Origin: Copranaerobaculum intestinale
Lineage (GTDB): Bacteria > Bacillota_I > Bacilli_A > Erysipelotrichales > Erysipelotrichaceae
Assembly: GCF_009831105.1 (NCBI RefSeq)
Contig: NZ_WUUQ01000001.1
Span: forward strand, 300,001 to 332,000
Direction: 5' to 3'
Length of the DNA: 32,000 nt
Shown here: positions 16,715-29,046 of the stretch, piece after piece
Numbering within the stretch: the stretch's first letter is position 1
Layout of the letters: every line of letters starts with the position of its first letter
Made by a program: the position numbers and the translations under genes
Notes under the pieces: model-generated
Told to the model about the DNA's origin: nothing
What the model saw: only the letters and a program-made list of their open reading frames with translations
Databases searched by the model: none

Positions 16715-17305
16715 TTACATTTTCTTGCGTCCTTCTAATGCTTTGATCAGCGTCATTTCATCGGCATAATCCAAATGACCGCCCATCGGCAGACCATGAG
16801 CGATCCGTGTGATCTCCACCGGTTTATTTTCCAGAAGCTTTGACAGATATAGGGCAGTGGTCTCTCCCTCTACAGTCGGATTTGTCGCAAGAATCACTTC
16901 CTTTACCGATTCTTGATCCACTCGCTGGATTAGTTTATCAATATTTAAATCTTCCGGGAGAATTCCTTTAGAAGTAGAAATAACTCCACCCAAAACATGA
17001 TAGACACCATGATACTCATGGGTTTTCTCCATGGCCACAACATCCTTTGATTGCTGAACTACACAAATAACACTTTGGTCACGATCGCTGTTTTTACAAA
17101 TATCACATAAATCCTCATCACTTAAATGACCGCATTTTGAGCAGTGATGAATATCCTTTATGCCATCCAACCCCTGCATGAATCGATGAATCTGTTCATC
17201 ATCCCACTCCAATGCCTCGAATGCATATCGCTCTGCAGTTTTCAATCCTACTCCGGATAGATGCTGGAAACAATCAACAAGTGCTTCAAATTGCTTTGGA
17301 TACAT
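16715..17305 (-). CDS. recR: Recombination protein RecR
   Basis: 196 aa. HhH LSGVGLKTAERYAF, C4 zinc finger CSKCGHLSDEDLCDIC, and Toprim VICVVQQSKDV..EGETTALYL. Confidence 0.95.
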   Translation of the reverse strand: MYPKQFEALVDCFQHLSGVGLKTAERYAFEALEWDDEQIHRFMQGLDGIKDIHHCSKCGHLSDEDLCDICKNSDRDQSVICVVQQSKDVVAMEKTHEYHGVYHVLGGVISTSKGILPEDLNIDKLIQRVDQESVKEVILATNPTVEGETTALYLSKLLENKPVEITRIAHGLPMGGHLDYADEMTLIKALEGRKKM

Positions 17306-17610
17306 TAGAATCCACCAGGCAGCTTGATACCCGCTGTCAACTCATTCATCGCAGAATCTTTGTCTTCTACTGCTTCAGCCAATACTTCATTCACAGCTGT
17401 CATGATCATTTCCTGAATTTCTGTTCTATCTTCTTTTAATAATGAATCATCAAGCTGCAGGTCTACAAGTTTCATAGCCCCGTTCGCAACCACTTTGACG
17501 GCACCGCCGCCGATCGTCTTTTCATATTTTTTTTCCTTTAATTCAGTTTCCACCTTGCTCATATCACGCTGCATTTGCTGCGCTTGTTTTAATAAACCTT
17601 GAATATTCAT
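17305..17610 (-). CDS. ybaB: YbaB/EbfC family nucleoid-associated protein
   Basis: 101 aa. LLKQAQQMQ....E......GGGAVKV..NG pattern. Conserved dnaX-ybaB-recR synteny. Confidence 0.9.
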   Translation of the reverse strand: MNIQGLLKQAQQMQRDMSKVETELKEKKYEKTIGGGAVKVVANGAMKLVDLQLDDSLLKEDRTEIQEMIMTAVNEVLAEAVEDKDSAMNELTAGIKLPGGF

Positions 17611-17611
17611 A

Positions 17612-19474
17612 TTATTCCTCCGTTACTGTTACATGACTTTCACCAAACAAATTCAATATAGACTCTTCCGGTGTTAATTCATGTGCTTCTTCAGCTTCAT
17701 AATTCTTTCCTACATTTTCAAATTGAATTGCTTCCGGCAGCGAATTGGATAGCATTCGCTCTTTAAAAATTTGAATGACTTGCTTGCTTTGTTCAAATGT
17801 GACTGCAAATATTTTTTTATCTTGATGAAACAGTTCTCTAGTGAAAGATATAAATTCATTGTTCTTATCATTTTCATTAATTTCATTGGCTCGTGCTTGA
17901 TTTTCTACTGCCAGGACCACATATTGCTCACCACTTGCGATATTTTGTGCCCCTTTTATTAAACTGGCGTGCTTAGCCCAATTCAATTCATACAAATAGT
18001 CATCTAAATGGGTAAAAGCGTCATTAACTTTTTTCTTTTCCTGCTTATTCGCACCAACCAATAATTGCAGAATAAACTCATCCTTTAGTGGATTTGCGCT
18101 TTTGTTTTCATACGCTTGTGCAGATGGCGTTTCACTCGCCTGTTCTTCTGGAATCATTTCCATAACCATTGTTAATTCCGGTTCTGACGAAGAATCATCA
18201 TCCGATACAAACGCTGATTCCGCAAATTCGTCGTTATTTGTTTCACGTGAAACATCATTAGCTACCTGGACGATTTTTTCTGTTTCCTCAACCTGTTTAC
18301 CGTTCTGCTTGGTTTCTGTAAATTCGGATAAGTCTGATGATTCAGTTGGTTTATGTGATACGGTTGTTGCCTCATTTTTTTGTAGGATAACTGGCTCCCC
18401 GCTAATATTCATCATTTTTAATAAACATACTTCGAAATAAGAACGAACACTGGCTGCATTGCGATACTTATCAAATGTCTGCATCAACACATCAATCATA
18501 TTTAATCGTTTATCGATGTCATTGTTCACTTTCAGTCTTTGCACTTCTTCGACAGAAATAATTCTTAAAAGAGATGCATCCTTCGTATAGTCATAAATGA
18601 CTGTTTCCTTTAACAAATTGATTAAATCGGTAGTCAGCCGTTTTAGATCCGTTCCCTTTGCAGTTAGTTCTTCAATTTCATTTAATACCTTTCCTGCTTC
18701 TTTTTGAAAAACTGATTCTAAGAGGGTCAGTTTATCTTCAATAGTTGCGATACCGTAAATTTCATTTACATGATGTGCTTCTATATTATTTTGTGCATAT
18801 GCTATACATTGATCAAGAATACTCAATGCATCTCGCATGCCGCCATCAGCCAGCTGAGCAATTAAGCGAACTGCTTCATCACTGCAGTTCACAGCTTCTT
18901 TTTTTAATATTTTATCAATATATTCAGCTATATCGTTATTTGGTACTTTGGTGAAATCATAGCGCTGACACCGCGATATGATTGTTGGCAGCACTTTATG
19001 CGGCTCTGTTGTAGCCAAAATAAAAATAACATGTGCTGGTGGTTCTTCTATTGTCTTTAATAGTGCATTAAATGCACCAGTTGACATCATATGTACTTCA
19101 TCGATGATATAAACTTTATACTTTCCTTTGATTGGAGCATATTTAACTTTTTCAATCAAATTTCTGACTTCTTCTACCCCATTATTACTCGCCGCATCTA
19201 TTTCTACGATATCCGGATGATTACCTTCAGTGATTGCCAGACAATTCTCACAAGTTAAACAAGGTTTATTCCCTTCTCCGGTACAGTTTACTGCTTTTGC
19301 GAAAATCTTCGCTATTGATGTTTTTCCTGTACCGCGAGGTCCGCAGAATAAATAAGCGTGTGCGATTTTATTTTGCTGAACAGCATTCTGCAAGGTTTTC
19401 ACGATATGCTGCTGACCGGCTACATCCTGAAACCCATTGGGACGATACGTTCTATATAATGCTTTATAAGCCAT
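17612..19474 (-). CDS. dnaX: DNA polymerase III tau subunit DnaX
   Basis: 620 aa. YRPNGFQDVAGQ, Walker A GPRGTGKTS, Zn module C..C..C, DEVHMMS, SRCQRYDF. Acidic, low-complexity linker in the C-terminal half. Confidence 0.93.
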   Translation of the reverse strand: MAYKALYRTYRPNGFQDVAGQQHIVKTLQNAVQQNKIAHAYLFCGPRGTGKTSIAKIFAKAVNCTGEGNKPCLTCENCLAITEGNHPDIVEIDAASNNGVEEVRNLIEKVKYAPIKGKYKVYIIDEVHMMSTGAFNALLKTIEEPPAHVIFILATTEPHKVLPTIISRCQRYDFTKVPNNDIAEYIDKILKKEAVNCSDEAVRLIAQLADGGMRDALSILDQCIAYAQNNIEAHHVNEIYGIATIEDKLTLLESVFQKEAGKVLNEIEELTAKGTDLKRLTTDLINLLKETVIYDYTKDASLLRIISVEEVQRLKVNNDIDKRLNMIDVLMQTFDKYRNAASVRSYFEVCLLKMMNISGEPVILQKNEATTVSHKPTESSDLSEFTETKQNGKQVEETEKIVQVANDVSRETNNDEFAESAFVSDDDSSSEPELTMVMEMIPEEQASETPSAQAYENKSANPLKDEFILQLLVGANKQEKKKVNDAFTHLDDYLYELNWAKHASLIKGAQNIASGEQYVVLAVENQARANEINENDKNNEFISFTRELFHQDKKIFAVTFEQSKQVIQIFKERMLSNSLPEAIQFENVGKNYEAEEAHELTPEESILNLFGESHVTVTEE

Positions 19475-19498
19475 ATGCCACCAACTTTCTCTGTTAAT

Positions 19499-19507
19499 AT
19501 TATATCA
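19499..19507 (-). promoter_or_regulatory. Extended -10 promoter TGATATAAT for dnaX
   Basis: - strand aaatttGaTATAATatt about 25 nt upstream of the dnaX ATG, just downstream of the tadA terminator. Confidence 0.45.
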
Positions 19508-19528
19508 AATTTATACATCTATAACTAT

Positions 19529-19559
19529 GAAAAAAAGCAATTCTAAAAATTGCTTTTTA
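19529..19559 (-). terminator. Terminator after tadA (stop codon in loop)
   Basis: - strand AAAAAGCAATT-tttag-AATTGCTTTTT then TTC. TAG of tadA is in the loop. Confidence 0.65.
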
Positions 19560-20019
19560 CTTTGTTTTGTCTGCGCTTTTCACGAAAAAAAGAAGAAATA
19601 ATTTCACTGCAGGAATCCTTAAGGATGCCGCCATTCCATATCGGATAATGATTGAATCCTTTTACTTTATATATTTGTATACAACTATCCAAGCATCCCC
19701 CTTTAGGATCTTTAGCTCCATATACGACACGATTGATTCTGGATAATAGAATGGCTCCTGAACACATTACGCATGGCTCCAATGTTACATATAAGGTACA
19801 CTCTTCCAATCGCCAGCTTCCGATTTTTTTACAGGCTTTATTAATTGCCAATATTTCCGCATGCGCAGTTGATAATTGCTTTTTCTCTCTTAAATTGTGA
19901 GCTTTGGCTATAATTTTCCCTTCATGAACAATTACACATCCAATCGGCACTTCATTCATATCTCTTGCTTTCACAGCTTCCCGCAAAGCTGCTTTCATGA
20001 ACCTTTCATCATTTGTCAT
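19543..20019 (-). CDS. tadA: tRNA-specific adenosine-34 deaminase TadA
   Basis: 158 aa. HAEILAI and PCVMCSGAI zinc-binding deaminase motifs. Confidence 0.92.
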   Translation of the reverse strand: MTNDERFMKAALREAVKARDMNEVPIGCVIVHEGKIIAKAHNLREKKQLSTAHAEILAINKACKKIGSWRLEECTLYVTLEPCVMCSGAILLSRINRVVYGAKDPKGGCLDSCIQIYKVKGFNHYPIWNGGILKDSCSEIISSFFREKRRQNKVKSNF

Positions 20020-20051
20020 GTTTTATATCCTCAATACTTCTTTTATAATAA

Positions 20052-20136
20052 ATAAAAACTACTACACATGACAGAGCTCCCTTAAGGCTGCTTTGTTCCC
20101 AATCTGACCTGATTCAGTAGATGTCATTGTAGTAGC
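20052..20136 (-). ncRNA. ffs: Small (4.5S-type) signal recognition particle RNA
   Basis: - strand GCUACUACAAUGACA...UGUCAUGUGUAGUAG forms a long closing helix. The apex CAGGUCAGAUUG-GGAA-CAAAGCAGCC matches the conserved domain IV pattern (E. coli CAGGUCAGGUCC-GGAA-GGAAGCAGCC). It is followed by UUUUUAUUU and preceded by TGATATAAT with the TSS predicted at G 20136. Confidence 0.82.
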
Positions 20137-20151
20137 TTATATATTATATCA
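20136..20151 (-). promoter_or_regulatory. Extended -10 promoter module TGATATAATATATAAG for ffs
   Basis: Same 16-mer as at 10934 and 27580. Its last G coincides with the first base of the SRP RNA closing helix. Confidence 0.55.
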
Positions 20152-20246
20152 TAGACAAGCAATATTTCAACATTTTCATGAATAGTATTTCGACAAATCA
20201 TTCAAATGTTTCACGTGAAACAAAAAACAAGAAATAGCGTTTGTTC

Positions 20247-21539
20247 TTACTTTGACGGAACTATTTTTTCATTACCACCCATATATGGTCTAAGTACTTC
20301 TGGAATATTGACTGAGCCATCAGCATTTAAGTTATTTTCCAAGAATGCGATTAGCATTCGCGGTGGTGCTACCACTGTATTGTTCAATGTATGCGCAAAG
20401 TATTTTCCATTTTCGCCTTTTACCCGGATTCCCAGTCTTCTTGCTTGTGCATCGGTTAAGTTAGAACAGCTTCCTACTTCAAAATACTTCTTCTGACGCG
20501 GACTCCACGCTTCAACATCAATAGATTTGCATTTTAAATCAGCCAGATCACCGGAGCAGCATTCTAAAGTACGCACCGGTATATCCAAGCTTCTGAATAG
20601 ATCAACAGTATTTGTATACAGTTTAACAAACCATTCCATACTTTCTTCCGGTTTGCAGACAACGATCATTTCTTGCTTTTCAAATTGATGGATACGGTAC
20701 ACGCCACGTTCTTCAATTCCATGCGCACCCTTTTCTTTACGGAAACACGGTGAATAGCTGGTATATGTGTAAGGCATATCTTTTTCATCGAGTATGGTAT
20801 CAATAAATTTTCCTATCATAGAATGTTCACTTGTACCAATCAGATATAAGTCTTCACCTTCAATTTTATACATCATATTTTCCATTTCCGCAAAGCTCAT
20901 TACTCCAGTAACAACATCACTGCGAATCATAAACGGCGGTACAACATAGGTAAATCCACGATTGATCATAAAATCTCGTGCATATGATATAACCGCAGAA
21001 TGAAGACGTGCAACATCTCCCATTAAATAATAAAAACCGTTTCCTGCTACTTTTCGGGCACTATCCAGATCAATGCCATTAAATCGTTCCATAATCTCGC
21101 TATGATAAGGAATTTCAAAGTCTGGAACGATTGGCTCTCCATACTTTTGAACCTCTACATTCTCACTATCATCCTTACCGATCGGAACCGATGCATCGAT
21201 CATATTAGGAATAACCATCATAATTTTCTTAATTTCTTCCGCAAGAGCAGTTTCTTTTTCTTCCAGCGCTGTTAATTCACCGACCATTTCCTGGACTAAT
21301 TTCTTTTTAGCTTCTGCTTCTTCTTTTAACCCCTTTTTCATTAAACCACCAATTTCTTTTGAAATTGTATTACGTTTTGCCCGAAGTTCATCCGCAGCTT
21401 GCTTAGTTTTGCGGTTATTGACATCCAGATCAATAACCTTATCCACCAATTCCAGCTTATGCTCCTGGAATTTCTTTTTAATATTTGCTTTCACCAATTC
21501 TGGATTTTCACGTAAAAATTTCATATCCAACATATTCAT
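20247..21539 (-). CDS. serS: Seryl-tRNA synthetase
   Basis: 430 aa. N-terminal coiled-coil arm, class II motifs (FRKEKGAHG..ERGVYRIHQFEKQE; GSCSN..DAQARRL). Preceded by a T-box leader. Confidence 0.95.
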   Translation of the reverse strand: MNMLDMKFLRENPELVKANIKKKFQEHKLELVDKVIDLDVNNRKTKQAADELRAKRNTISKEIGGLMKKGLKEEAEAKKKLVQEMVGELTALEEKETALAEEIKKIMMVIPNMIDASVPIGKDDSENVEVQKYGEPIVPDFEIPYHSEIMERFNGIDLDSARKVAGNGFYYLMGDVARLHSAVISYARDFMINRGFTYVVPPFMIRSDVVTGVMSFAEMENMMYKIEGEDLYLIGTSEHSMIGKFIDTILDEKDMPYTYTSYSPCFRKEKGAHGIEERGVYRIHQFEKQEMIVVCKPEESMEWFVKLYTNTVDLFRSLDIPVRTLECCSGDLADLKCKSIDVEAWSPRQKKYFEVGSCSNLTDAQARRLGIRVKGENGKYFAHTLNNTVVAPPRMLIAFLENNLNADGSVNIPEVLRPYMGGNEKIVPSK

Positions 21540-21775
21540 TTCCTCCTTTTGAATAGAAAAAAGGCACCGCCCCGTAAAGGGACGATACCTCGCGTTGCCA
21601 CCCTTTTTAAGTCCATAAAAATTAGACTTCTCTTGATGTGATAACGGTACAACCGAAATAAGCTACTTCATTCACCTATTCACTCCAGGGGGGATTTCCA
21701 ATACATCATATCATGACTCACACCCGCCGTCATGTCTCTGAAATATACTTGTATCTTACTTGTCCCTGTCATCGA
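21540..21775 (-). promoter_or_regulatory. T-box leader (tRNA-sensing riboswitch) controlling serS, with terminator
   Basis: - strand carries the T-box sequence AAAAAGGGUGGCAACGCG (21591-21610), then terminator GGUAUCGUCCC-uuua-CGGGGCGGUGCC plus UUUUUU (about 21555-21590). Stem I elements are AGUA, CAGAGA and GGUGUGAG. The base helix CAGGG/CCCUG encloses GGAAA-UCC-C, a candidate Ser specifier UCC at about 21692-21694. Confidence 0.85.
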
Positions 21776-21792
21776 TTTCTTATTTTAAGAAA

Positions 21793-21821
21793 TTTATATC
21801 ATTGATTTGATTCACTGTCAA
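21793..21821 (-). promoter_or_regulatory. Near-consensus sigma-A promoter TTGACA-17-TATAAA for the serS leader, embedded in the gyrA 3' end
   Basis: - strand TTGACA (21821-21816), exactly 17 nt, then TATAAA (21798-21793). The -35 and spacer lie within the last gyrA codons. Confidence 0.6.
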
Positions 21822-24294
21822 CCTCATTTGCAGTCTCGCTGCTTGTTTCAGCTGAATCATCAGCCTCTTCTTCTGCTTTTGCGACAATCGCCACTTTGGC
21901 AACACTGGTGTTATCATTAACATTGATCAAGCGTACGCCCTGTGTATTTCGACCGTAAACTCCAACATTATCTAATGAAATTCGAATGATGATACCATCA
22001 GATGTGATAATCATGACATCTTCATCACCATTTACTGCACGTACATTGACAAGACTACCGGTTTTATCTGTTACGTTGATTGTCTTAACACCTTTTGTTC
22101 CACGTGATGTTAAACGGTATTCATCAATCGGTGTCTGTTTACCATATCCATTTTCACTGACAGTCAGAATATGCGTTCCTTCTTTAGTAGTAGCTACTCC
22201 AACCACTTCACCGCCATCAATATTAAATCCCTTAACGCCGCTGGCAGTACGACCCATCGGTCTTACATCATCCTCATTAAAGCGAACTGCCTTACCATTT
22301 GATCCTGCAATAATGATTTCATCATCACCGGTTGTTTCTTTAACTCCGAGCAGTTCATCATCCTCACGGAGCGTGATTGCGATCTTACCGTTGGTACGAA
22401 TGGATTCAAATTCATCCATATTCACCCGTTTTACAATTCCCATTTTCGTTACAAAGAACAAATATTTTGATTCAGAATCACGTTTAACCGGAACCAATGC
22501 TCTTACTTTTTCCTCTTTATCGAGGTTTAACAGATTGATGACCGGTAATCCTTTTGCGGTTCTGGATGCATTCGGAATATTGAATCCGCGCAAACGATAT
22601 ACTTTACCAATATTTGTAAATACCAGTAAATAGTCATGTGTTGACATAGAAATTAAAAGTTCAATGACATCATCCTCATGAATTGTCATTCCCTTAATAC
22701 CTTTACCGCCGCGATGTTGGGTATGATAGGTATCAACCGGCATCCGCTTGATATAACCATTGGTTGTCATTGTTATTACAATATCTTCAACTGGAATTAA
22801 ATCCTCATCATTCATATCAATTTCCGCATCACTTATTTCGGTTCTGCGGGCATCGCCATACTTTTCTTTGATTTCCGTCAATTCAGTACGAATGATTTCC
22901 AAAACACGGGAATGATTTGCCAAAATATCTTTCAAATCACTGATCAGAGCGATCAATTCGTTATATTCATTTTCAATTTTTTCTCTCTGCAATCCGGTCA
23001 AACGACGAAACTGCATATCTAATATTGCTTTGGCTTGAATTTCCGATAATTGAAAGGTTTCAATCAATCTTGATGAAGCTTCTCCGTCTTCTTTAGAAGA
23101 ACGGATAATACGGATAATTTCATCAATATGATCCAATGCAATTTTCAAACCTTCTAAGATATGTGCGCGATCCTCAGCTTTTTTTAAATCAAAGCGTGTT
23201 CTGCGTTCAATTACATCAATTTGATGATTGACATAATGCTGTAATGCTTCTTTTATCCCCATCTGTTTAGGGGCGCCGTTAACCAGTGCCAGAAAATTAA
23301 CACCGAAAGAAGTTTGTAATGCTGTCATTCGGTACAGTTGATTTAAAATAACATCCGGCTGCACGTCTTTTCTTAATTCGATAACAATTCGTACCCCGTC
23401 ACGGTTACTTTCATCACGCAGATCAGTAATACCGTCAATGATTTTTTCGCGTACCAAAGCAGCTATTTTCTCTACCAGATTAGCTTTATTCACTTGATAA
23501 GGAATTTCTTTAACCACAATCCGCGGTTTACCATTCGGTAACTCATCAACCTCAACGCGAGAACGTGTAACAATCGCACCGCGGCCGGTTTCAAACGCCT
23601 GCTTAATACCAGCTCTGCCTAAAATGATGCCGCCGGTTGGATAGTCGGGACCCTTGATATGGTTTTCCATCAGCTCCATGACTGTAATATCCGGATTGTC
23701 CATAACCGCTAAGGCTGCGTCAATCGTTTCTCCCAGATTGTGAGGCGGAATATTGGTTGCCATACCAACCGCAATACCGACTGAACCATTTACGATCAGA
23801 TTTGGAAAACGAGATGGCAATACCACCGGTTCTCGTTCTTCACCATCGTAGTTAAAATCAAAATCTACAGTATCCTTTTGAATATCCCGCAGCATTTCCA
23901 TTGCGATCTTAGACATTTTTGCTTCGGTATATCGCATTGCAGCAGCTCCGTCACCATCCATGGAACCAAAGTTACCGTGACCGTTAACTAGTTCATAGCG
24001 ATAACTGAAGTCCTGTGCCATACGCACCATAGCATCATATACAGCAGTATCACCATGCGGGTGATACTTACCGATAACTTCACCGACAATACGTGCTGAT
24101 TTTTTATGAGATTTGTTGGCTACAATGCCAAGCTCATTCATTGCGTGAAGAATTCGGCGATGTACCGGCTTTAATCCATCGCGGACATCCGGAAGTGCTC
24201 GTGATACGATTACAGACATGGAATAATCCAAAAATGAATTTCTCATTTCTTCCGATATATTGACCAGTTCTACTTTATCCCTGCTTATATCCAT
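21799..24294 (-). CDS. gyrA: DNA gyrase subunit A
   Basis: 831 aa. [24 protein letters not shown] active-site Tyr region, GyrA-box-containing C-terminal beta-pinwheel repeats, acidic tail. Confidence 0.97.
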   Translation of the reverse strand: MDISRDKVELVNISEEMRNSFLDYSMSVIVSRALPDVRDGLKPVHRRILHAMNELGIVANKSHKKSARIVGEVIGKYHPHGDTAVYDAMVRMAQDFSYRYELVNGHGNFGSMDGDGAAAMRYTEAKMSKIAMEMLRDIQKDTVDFDFNYDGEEREPVVLPSRFPNLIVNGSVGIAVGMATNIPPHNLGETIDAALAVMDNPDITVMELMENHIKGPDYPTGGIILGRAGIKQAFETGRGAIVTRSRVEVDELPNGKPRIVVKEIPYQVNKANLVEKIAALVREKIIDGITDLRDESNRDGVRIVIELRKDVQPDVILNQLYRMTALQTSFGVNFLALVNGAPKQMGIKEALQHYVNHQIDVIERRTRFDLKKAEDRAHILEGLKIALDHIDEIIRIIRSSKEDGEASSRLIETFQLSEIQAKAILDMQFRRLTGLQREKIENEYNELIALISDLKDILANHSRVLEIIRTELTEIKEKYGDARRTEISDAEIDMNDEDLIPVEDIVITMTTNGYIKRMPVDTYHTQHRGGKGIKGMTIHEDDVIELLISMSTHDYLLVFTNIGKVYRLRGFNIPNASRTAKGLPVINLLNLDKEEKVRALVPVKRDSESKYLFFVTKMGIVKRVNMDEFESIRTNGKIAITLREDDELLGVKETTGDDEIIIAGSNGKAVRFNEDDVRPMGRTASGVKGFNIDGGEVVGVATTKEGTHILTVSENGYGKQTPIDEYRLTSRGTKGVKTINVTDKTGSLVNVRAVNGDEDVMIITSDGIIIRISLDNVGVYGRNTQGVRLINVNDNTSVAKVAIVAKAEEEADDSAETSSETANEVDSESNQ

Positions 24295-24312
24295 CTTTTT
24301 TGCACCTCCTAA

Positions 24313-27354
<3,042 letters not shown>

Positions 27355-27358
<4 letters not shown>

Positions 27359-27561
27359 ACGATTGTTATATGCTTTTCGTTTATGATGATTTCATCATTT
27401 TTATACAGCTTTCGGCCACGGCGATTTTCCGGTTCTCCATTTACTTGAATCGGAAGTGTTTTCACAGCTATTTTTGCTTCTCCGCCGGACTGAATAACAT
27501 CCGCCAGCTTCAATAACTGACCTAACGTAATATAATCTGTATGTATCTGTATTTTCATCAT
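27355..27561 (-). CDS. yaaA: S4-domain RNA-binding protein YaaA
   Basis: Start re-called at MMKIQIHTDYITLGQLLK (68 aa, SD AAGAGG). Conserved dnaN-yaaA-recF position. ATGA overlap with recF. The track's 114-aa version runs through the promoter. Confidence 0.8.
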
Positions 27562-27579
27562 AAAACCTCTTTCGCGTAC

Positions 27580-27595
27580 CTTATATATTATATCA
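27580..27595 (-). promoter_or_regulatory. Extended -10 promoter module TGATATAATATATAAG for yaaA-recF-gyrBA
   Basis: Identical 16-mer to those at 10934 and 20136. Predicted TSS G 27580, giving a 19-nt leader with an SD. Confidence 0.5.
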
Positions 27596-27716
27596 TAAAT
27601 AGTACTGTTTTTGTTGATTTTAACGATGCTTTTCCATAAAATTTTCATACCTTTTACGACATATTTTTCATGCATAAATAATTTATAAAAATCAAACAAT
27701 ATAGGTCAATCAAAAA

Positions 27717-27753
27717 TAAAAAAAATCCGCTGACAAATATATCAACAGATTTT
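27717..27753 (-). terminator. Rho-independent terminator after dnaN
   Basis: - strand AAAUCUGUUGA-uauauuug-UCAGCGGAUUU (11 bp including 2 G-U) followed by UUUUUUUU. Confidence 0.7.
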
Positions 27754-27771
27754 GAAATACACATTTATTTT

Positions 27772-28890
27772 TTACGCGTATGTCCGTACCGGCAATACCA
27801 GCTGCAAAACCGAGTCATCGTCTACAGACTGGATAATGAACGGCTTCATTTCACCACATAGGCTAAATTTCACCAACTGACCGTTCAAAGCCTTGATTGC
27901 ATCAAAGACATACTTACCGTTACAGCTGATTTCCAAATGTCCGCCCTTATAGCTTGCGCTGTTTAAGATTTCAGTGGAAGAACCGACTTCAATCGCACGG
28001 GAAGATAACACACACTCCGTTTCATCCATAGTGAGTTTAATAACCGATACACCATCATTTTTAATAAATGATGCACGATCGATCGCGCCTAACAGATCAT
28101 GAGTATCCATTGTCATTTCATAATCAAAAGACAATGGAATCAACCGGGATGTTTCAGGATATACACCGTCGATCAAACGTGTCTGAATCAGTGTATCCTC
28201 AATTATAAACTGTGCTTTTTTATCATCCACGGCAACCTGAACTTCAATTCCGTCAGTAAGGGTTTTATTAACCTCAGCAAGACTTTTAGCAGGAATCGTG
28301 ATATTAAAATTTAACGAACTTTCCATTTCAATCATTTTTTTTGCTAAACGGTAGCTGTCGGTAGCCACACATTCCAGTTTCGTACCATCTGCTTTAAAAT
28401 TGACACCGGTCAGAACTGGCCGTGTTTCCTTATCGCTTGTTGCAAAAGAAGTTTGATTGATAATTTGAGTCAATACATCCGATTTCATCGTAAAAACATC
28501 ATTTGGACGATTAAAATCAATTGTTGGATATTCTGAAGCTTTCATACCATTGATTTTGAATTCAGCATTTTGACCGCTGATTTTTGTTAATGAACCATCA
28601 ATGATCTCTACTTCAATATCATCTGAGTTGATCTTTCTTACAATTTCAAGTATATATTTTGCCTCCAGAACGATGGAACCTTTATCTCTCACATCAAGGG
28701 ATACTTCTTCACTTTTTTTCACCAAGGTTTGAATAGACATATCAGAATCACTTCCGGTCAATGTCAGAACATTGTCACCTGCTTCTATTTTAATGCCGCT
28801 GAATGCCGGTAATGGTGAATAAGTAGAAATAGCTCTTGAAACAACTGTTAATGCATTTAGAAAATCTTTTTTCGATACTTTAAAATACAT
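27772..28890 (-). CDS. dnaN: DNA polymerase III beta sliding clamp
   Basis: Start re-called at MYFKVSKKDFLNAL (ATG 28890, SD AAGGGAG 7 nt upstream). 372 aa, three-domain clamp. C-terminus LVLPVRTYA. Confidence 0.95.
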   Translation of the reverse strand: MYFKVSKKDFLNALTVVSRAISTYSPLPAFSGIKIEAGDNVLTLTGSDSDMSIQTLVKKSEEVSLDVRDKGSIVLEAKYILEIVRKINSDDIEVEIIDGSLTKISGQNAEFKINGMKASEYPTIDFNRPNDVFTMKSDVLTQIINQTSFATSDKETRPVLTGVNFKADGTKLECVATDSYRLAKKMIEMESSLNFNITIPAKSLAEVNKTLTDGIEVQVAVDDKKAQFIIEDTLIQTRLIDGVYPETSRLIPLSFDYEMTMDTHDLLGAIDRASFIKNDGVSVIKLTMDETECVLSSRAIEVGSSTEILNSASYKGGHLEISCNGKYVFDAIKALNGQLVKFSLCGEMKPFIIQSVDDDSVLQLVLPVRTYA

Positions 28891-28905
28891 GAATGTTCTC
28901 CCTTC

Positions 28906-29046
28906 TAGATATATATTTTTTATATATAACAACAATAAGCATGTGGAAAATGTGGAAAACTTGAAATAAACTGTATTTCAACCTTTATTTTAACAAAATT
29001 CGATGGGGAATAAAAGTGTGAAAGTGTTGAAAACTTTAGTGGATAC
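28906..29046. promoter_or_regulatory. oriC part 2 (dnaA-dnaN spacer): AT-rich stretch, triplet-periodic NAA run, tandem and dispersed DnaA boxes
   Basis: AT-only run at 28906-28929. TAA-CAA-CAA-TAA at 28927-28938. Tandem TGTGGAAAA at 28942-28950 and 28951-28959. TGTTGAAAA at 29025-29033. AGTGGATAC at 29038-29046, overlapping the dnaA stop. Confidence 0.7.

Noticed and set aside
18020-18045. A-rich site (AAG AAA AAA GTT) in dnaX as a possible programmed -1 frameshift or slippage site producing a gamma-like short product (the -1 frame stops after ~8 codons)
   Set aside because: The A AAA AAG heptamer is not in the required register relative to the zero frame. The A-run is only 6 nt (too short for transcriptional slippage), and I see no downstream stimulatory hairpin.
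20152-20246. Palindrome GTTTCACGTGAAAC (about 20209-20222) downstream of serS as the serS terminator
   Set aside because: The U-run would be on the wrong side for the - strand. An alternative AACAA...TTGTT plus T-run hairpin is too weak to call, so the serS 3' end is left unannotated.
21986-22633. 215-aa ORF antisense to gyrA (Ser/Pro/Thr-rich)
   Set aside because: It lies entirely inside the highly conserved gyrA CDS on the opposite strand. It has a low-complexity composition typical of the antisense frame of a GA-rich coding strand, no SD and no recognisable motif.
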